Of a stretch of DNA of 64,000 nt, positions 59,725 to 64,000 are shown in pieces. The notes beneath the pieces were generated by a model. The model made no database searches. It was not told where the DNA came from and saw only the letters and a program-made list of their open reading frames with translations. Position 1 is the stretch's first letter, and each line of letters begins with the position of its first letter. The position numbers were made by a program, and so were the translations under genes. The DNA lies in NCBI GenBank assembly GCA_965248195.1, contig CBDFIQ010000002.1:608001-672000 (forward strand), written 5' to 3'. Source of the stretch: Longimicrobiales bacterium (lineage in GTDB: Bacteria > Gemmatimonadota > Gemmatimonadetes > Longimicrobiales > Gaopeijiaceae).

Positions 59725-60170
59725 CGCTGGAGGCATGGTCCGTGGGGGGTAGAGCCGGTGGAGGCGAGGCGAGGGTTCGGCTCTCTCGTTCCATCTCGAA
59801 GTCGGCGAAGTTGTTGACTGCGTTGAGCGCGCCATGGGCTTTGGCTTGCGCCGGGGGTGCCATGCTGGTTCCCGTCTTCCTCCCCGGAGAGCGAGTAGAG
59901 TGCCTTTTCCAGGTGATCGGCGAGGTGACTGTGGAGGGACCCTTTCGGGCCCAAGACGACATCGAGGGCGGGCCTCGGGAGGCGGTCTTGCAAGGTGTTC
60001 GGCTGGAGGTGGCTCAAGAGGTGGCCGGGTCGGGTGCGGACGCCGTCATGGTCCGCGAGCTCCTATACGACCGGGATTCTGTTGCGGCCGAGGACGACGC
60101 TCCTGAGATCATCGCCGTGGAAGGAATGCTCCTTTCTTTCGTGGATCCAGCTTGCGTGCCGGGCGAGTAA
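59721..60170 (+). CDS. Hypothetical lipoprotein
   Basis: ATGA coupling; ALAC lipobox-like motif; GADAV. Confidence 0.55.
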   Translation: MTLEAWSVGGRAGGGEARVRLSRSISKSAKLLTALSAPWALACAGGAMLVPVFLPGERVECLFQVIGEVTVEGPFRAQDDIEGGPREAVLQGVRLEVAQEVAGSGADAVMVRELLYDRDSVAAEDDAPEIIAVEGMLLSFVDPACVPGE

Positions 60171-60267
60171 GCCTAAGCCGCCCGTCAGGGCGAAGCGGCC
60201 TTATTCCCGCCGCGCCTCCAGCCTGTGATCGGAGTGGTGTCGTGAGCGAGGGAGGGGACGAGAGAGA

Positions 60268-61071
60268 GTGAGAGCGACCTACGCGACCCTCGGGTCGATC
60301 GTGGCCTTCCTCGCGATCACCCATCTGCTTTGGGGTGACCAGCCGGGGCTGGTGCGAGACTTCGCGCCGGAACTGGCCACCGAGGTCCTGGGAATTCTGA
60401 TCACCCTCGTCTTCGTACAACGCATCATCGACCGGCGCGCCCAAGAGGACCGCGCGCGCGCCTCCCGCGGAGGTGTGAGGCGATCGGAGGATCCGTTGAG
60501 GGACCTCTCCGACCTCTGGACCGAAATCGTGCGCGGATGCCTCGAGCGGCTTCCCGCAAGGCCGCCCCGGACCTATCTGGAATTGTTCGTTCCGGAATGG
60601 TCGGCCGTAATCGACGACTGCGACCTCACTCGAGTCCGATTCGCATGGAGCGAGGAGACCTGGGCCGAGTCCGCGGCTAGGGTCATTTCACGCGCCCGAG
60701 ATCAGATCAGCGGTATCCTCGACCTCTACGGTGTGCACCTCAACGCGCACTTCATCGAGGTTCTCGATGAAATTCGGGACGACCCCTTTCTAGCTCATGT
60801 CGAAACGCTGGGAGAGCAACTGCGAATAGCTCGCGAGCTGTTCCCGGATGAGATCGAGCCGGAAGACTACGCCATCAACCGGACGTCGGCCGTTCGAAGC
60901 GACTTCATCGGGACCCTCTCCCAAACGATCCGATTGTACAATGAAACCGCACTGGGCGATGTGCCCATCAGCGAACTTCCCGAGGGATTTTGGAGCCCCG
61001 ACCGGAGTCCTGCGCCGGGTACGTTGCGCCGGGGCGGTCCCGCTCCGGCGCCGCCCCAGCTGTCCGGGTAA
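60268..61071 (+). CDS. Hypothetical protein with two N-terminal TM segments
   Basis: Long ORF after a purine-rich RBS. Confidence 0.75.
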   Translation: MRATYATLGSIVAFLAITHLLWGDQPGLVRDFAPELATEVLGILITLVFVQRIIDRRAQEDRARASRGGVRRSEDPLRDLSDLWTEIVRGCLERLPARPPRTYLELFVPEWSAVIDDCDLTRVRFAWSEETWAESAARVISRARDQISGILDLYGVHLNAHFIEVLDEIRDDPFLAHVETLGEQLRIARELFPDEIEPEDYAINRTSAVRSDFIGTLSQTIRLYNETALGDVPISELPEGFWSPDRSPAPGTLRRGGPAPAPPQLSG

Positions 61072-61127
61072 CCCTCACACCGCTCTGGGTACGATCGAAT
61101 AGCGTCGATTCCAGTTGGTAGCGAAAC

Positions 61128-61158
61128 AAGCGGGGGGAGGCGAACCCCCCCCGCTTTC
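61128..61158. terminator. Hairpin terminator between convergent genes
   Basis: aagcgggggga-ggcgaa-cccccccgcttt. Confidence 0.7.
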
Positions 61159-61180
61159 CGGTACGCGACCGAACCGCCTA

Positions 61181-61915
61181 CTAACCGCGTTTTCGGAAGG
61201 GATGACGGCCACTTCGAGTCGACAAATCGACTTCGAAGGATTCACCGTCCACGGTCATGGTGGCCAGGTTCGTACCGTTGAAGGTGATCACGACGGTACG
61301 GCTTTTCGTGACGTCCCCGTCGGGTCCATCGACGATATTGATGGTCATATCGCGTGTGATCGTGCCCGACAGGGGCCATGCGTCGTCCGTCCGCGGCACA
61401 GGGTGGATGACGTCCTCGATGACCGACGTGCTCGACATGTCGTAAGTCCTCGTACCGTCCGCGTCCGTGTGCTGGCTCCGGGTCATGCTGCCGCTTCCGG
61501 TTCCGTTCACGGTGCGGCTCGTCTCCTCGCCCTCGAGCCCGGTTATCCAGAGGTCCCGCGAGCGCGTGCCCGTCGCCGACCAGGAGTCCCGAGAAAACTC
61601 GTGGGTCGCTTCGATCAGGAGGTGAATCGACGCCGTCGTAAGCGGGTCTCGGGTAGCCTGTTCCGTTCCGTCCGCATCGAAGAACGTGGCGGTGTGGGTC
61701 CTGTCCCGGGTGGATGCTTCACCTGGCACTGGAAAGGCGCCGCCCCCGAACAGCAGGCCGATATCGCCCAACTCGTCGATGGCGGCGTCTGCGGCGATCA
61801 TGGCGACATCAAGGGTCAAGCTGTCCTCGAAGCCGTCGGGCCCGACCGTCTCACTACATGCCGCCAGCACGAGGAGGGCAAAGGCCAGAGCTTCTGATTT
61901 CACACGATGTTTCAT
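61181..61915 (-). CDS. Hypothetical beta-rich lipoprotein
   Basis: LAAC lipobox; WPLSGTITR, ITFNGT. Confidence 0.8.
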   Translation of the reverse strand: MKHRVKSEALAFALLVLAACSETVGPDGFEDSLTLDVAMIAADAAIDELGDIGLLFGGGAFPVPGEASTRDRTHTATFFDADGTEQATRDPLTTASIHLLIEATHEFSRDSWSATGTRSRDLWITGLEGEETSRTVNGTGSGSMTRSQHTDADGTRTYDMSSTSVIEDVIHPVPRTDDAWPLSGTITRDMTINIVDGPDGDVTKSRTVVITFNGTNLATMTVDGESFEVDLSTRSGRHPFRKRG

Positions 61916-62053
61916 TTCCCACTCTCCTCAATACGATTCGAATGCCGAACGAAACGTCCGATCATCCCTTCCACTTGGGTCTGATTCCGGACGGGCTTGA
62001 AACGTTAAGTGGGGCCGACGCGGACGCGCCGTGAAGCAGAGGGGTGGTGGGGG

Positions 62054-62764
62054 CTACAGGATGGTTGCCCGCTCGATTCGATCCAACTCGGGAAACTCGA
62101 CATCGAAGTACTCCGCGCCCAGGGCGAGCGCCCTCGCTTGATACACGCCGTCGCCGCGGGGCGGACCGTCTCCGTAGCCCGCGTACAGCCCATCCACCAC
62201 GTCCATCCCCTCGACGACCTCGCCGAACGGGGCGAAGCGGTCGTCCAGGCTGGAGTTGTCCTTGTGGTTGACGAACACGTGGGTTGTCCGGCTGTTGGCG
62301 CCGGACCGGGCGAAGGACACGCGGCCTCGCGTGTTCGACTGGGTGACGGGATCGTCGAGGAGCGTCTCCTTTTGCCAGACGAAGTTCACGTAGGGATCGT
62401 CATGGATACCCCATCCGGCGGTGAAGTCCTGCAGCACCCGGTGGAATCGCACGCCGTCGTACCACCCACGCTTTACGAGGTTGTAGAAGCGGTCGGCCCC
62501 GAGGGGAGCCCAATCACGGTACACCTCGATGACGAAGACCCCGGCCGTGGTCTCGAGGCGGGCCTGGAAGATATCCGGAGCCGTCTCGTTGAACTGCCTG
62601 GCAAAAAGAAGCGGGTTCTGAAGCCTCGGGTCTACGGGCTCGTCACGGTCCCCGGTGCAGGCAGCCGAAAGGCCCACGGCTAGAACGGAAAGGGTGACTC
62701 TGGCCGGGTTTCCAATGACTCCGAAAAATCTATGCCGAGGCAGGTCGCACCTCCATGTCGTCAC
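62054..62764 (-). CDS. Cyclophilin-type peptidyl-prolyl isomerase, lipoprotein
   Basis: WAPLGADRFYNLV, YDGVRFHRV, PFGEVVEGM. Confidence 0.92.
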   Translation of the reverse strand: MTTWRCDLPRHRFFGVIGNPARVTLSVLAVGLSAACTGDRDEPVDPRLQNPLLFARQFNETAPDIFQARLETTAGVFVIEVYRDWAPLGADRFYNLVKRGWYDGVRFHRVLQDFTAGWGIHDDPYVNFVWQKETLLDDPVTQSNTRGRVSFARSGANSRTTHVFVNHKDNSSLDDRFAPFGEVVEGMDVVDGLYAGYGDGPPRGDGVYQARALALGAEYFDVEFPELDRIERATIL

Positions 62765-62846
62765 CCGTCGTCAGAACGTAGCCACACACCTCCGGTATGC
62801 CCCGAATATACGAACAGGCCCGGCCGAAGGCATCACGGACTTCGGT

Positions 62847-63410
62847 CTACCGGCGTGGACGCCGTCTCCGTCGCCTGCGCCGCTCCTCCTCCTCATCCCG
62901 GCGGATGTCGTTCGTGAGTCTCTCCAAGTCCAGATCCTCGAGGGCTTCGACTCCTTCCAGAGCCTCGAACAGCGCCTCGAAATCAGCCATCTCCCGTGCC
63001 TCGAGCCGGAGCTCTTCCATCTGGGCCCTTAATCTTTCCACCTGCTCCCGATCGAATCCCTTTATCGCCCGTTCAACACGCCGGAGCTCTTCCAACTCGA
63101 TGTTCCGCTGTTCGCGGGCCAGGTCTGCGGCCCTCTCTCGGGCCTCTTCGACGTTCACCCTAAGTCTTCGTCTTTCCAAAGGCTCCCAGACGGGCCGGTT
63201 CGACCGAGCTCGGCTTCGGAAGTAGATGGTAGAGGCACCGGACCCATCCCTCACCAAGACTCGCCCCGGCAAGACACGTACCTCCACGGATGCGTCGTCC
63301 ACCTGAGCCACGGGAGCGCTTCTGGCGTAAAGGCTGGTAAGTCCTAACCCGAGGCCCGCGCCGCCGAGGATTGCCGCGAGCGCCATAAAATCTGAAGTCC
63401 GTTTACGCAT
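62847..63410 (-). CDS. Hypothetical membrane-anchored coiled-coil protein with a poly-Arg tail
   Basis: N-terminal TM segment, E/R-rich heptads; RBS aggag. Confidence 0.7.
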   Translation of the reverse strand: MRKRTSDFMALAAILGGAGLGLGLTSLYARSAPVAQVDDASVEVRVLPGRVLVRDGSGASTIYFRSRARSNRPVWEPLERRRLRVNVEEARERAADLAREQRNIELEELRRVERAIKGFDREQVERLRAQMEELRLEAREMADFEALFEALEGVEALEDLDLERLTNDIRRDEEEERRRRRRRRPRR

Positions 63411-63589
63411 CTGTGGCTCCTGTGTCTAAACTCCGTCCCAATCCGGGGTATGCCCCGAACCTGCCGCGGTCGGCGGTCCCGCCGCAACCCCATCCAGCAT
63501 GAGACGCGAAATCCTTTCAGAGCGTTGCTCGACACCTCGGCCGACCTAATTGAGCCTGCCCTTTTTGGGCGCTCCCTAGTGCGCGCGTG

Positions 63590-63787
63590 TTAGCGTCGGC
63601 CGAAAGTTCCAGTCTCCTCGACCTCGACCCGGTGCCCGTCTACTCGCGAGGGAATCCGCCCGGCCGTGCGCCGGTCCTTCACGTAGACCTTGAGGCAGGG
63701 TTTGCCTTTGGACAGCCCGATCGCGGTTCCGGTCACTCCTGGGCGATCGATCACCGCCTTGGTGAGCTTACTGAGTGCGGCCTTCAT
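63590..63787 (-). CDS. Small hypothetical protein
   Basis: RBS ggag; PGVTGTAIG...CLKVYV...VEVEETG. Confidence 0.65.
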   Translation of the reverse strand: MKAALSKLTKAVIDRPGVTGTAIGLSKGKPCLKVYVKDRRTAGRIPSRVDGHRVEVEETGTFGRR

Positions 63788-64000
63788 ATCTCCGATATCT
63801 CCAATGACCTCAACTCCCGTCGATTTTCACTTCGAAACGATCCAACACGAGGTCGATCGGGTTGGCGATCGTATTAGTGGTGCTTCCGGCGAACAGTAGC
63901 CCCACTGGCCGCCGGTCGCTTCCGCCGCTCGAGCGCGTGACCACGAGAGATCCCGAATCTCCGCCCTGGCTGAACCGCCCATCGCTGATGAGGATCTGGT

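Noticed and set aside
1..64000. tRNA, rRNA, prophage or defence genes
   Set aside because: None recognised by eye; a tRNAscan-SE/Infernal run would be needed to exclude small RNAs.

Overview
This is a GC-rich bacterial chromosomal window. The gene content (tandem SusC/SusD pairs with N-terminal carboxypeptidase-regulatory-like domains, plug-only proteins, many lipoproteins) suggests Gemmatimonadota; this is inference. Left to right it contains a partial AAA ATPase, a frameshifted AKR-Rid fusion, GrpB, FKBP, a yigZ pseudogene, a POT transporter, a cytochrome c/Cu-monooxygenase-like pair, soxC plus cytochrome c, a Zn/Mn-type uptake operon, msrPQ-rsmB, an amidohydrolase and a degenerate GspE/PilB. 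It continues with two susCD modules, two inverted DUF3179 paralogs around an IS256, a Tat-exported xanthine-dehydrogenase-family complex, pheA, two csp genes, a MITE-like element at the start of mmuM, a porin operon and an IS3. The main candidates for new biology are: (1) a ~190-nt structured leader in front of both susC genes, with a compensatory base-pair change and a loop complementary to the Shine-Dalgarno; (2) susCD modules with conserved 5' and 3' flanks and a nucleotide breakpoint at the TonB box; (3) two Cys/His-rich leader ORFs with Pro-rich ends (SRAPP, LPQPPP), each followed by a possible RNA switch and an outer-membrane uptake operon. All calls come from manual reading; no searches or folding programs were run.
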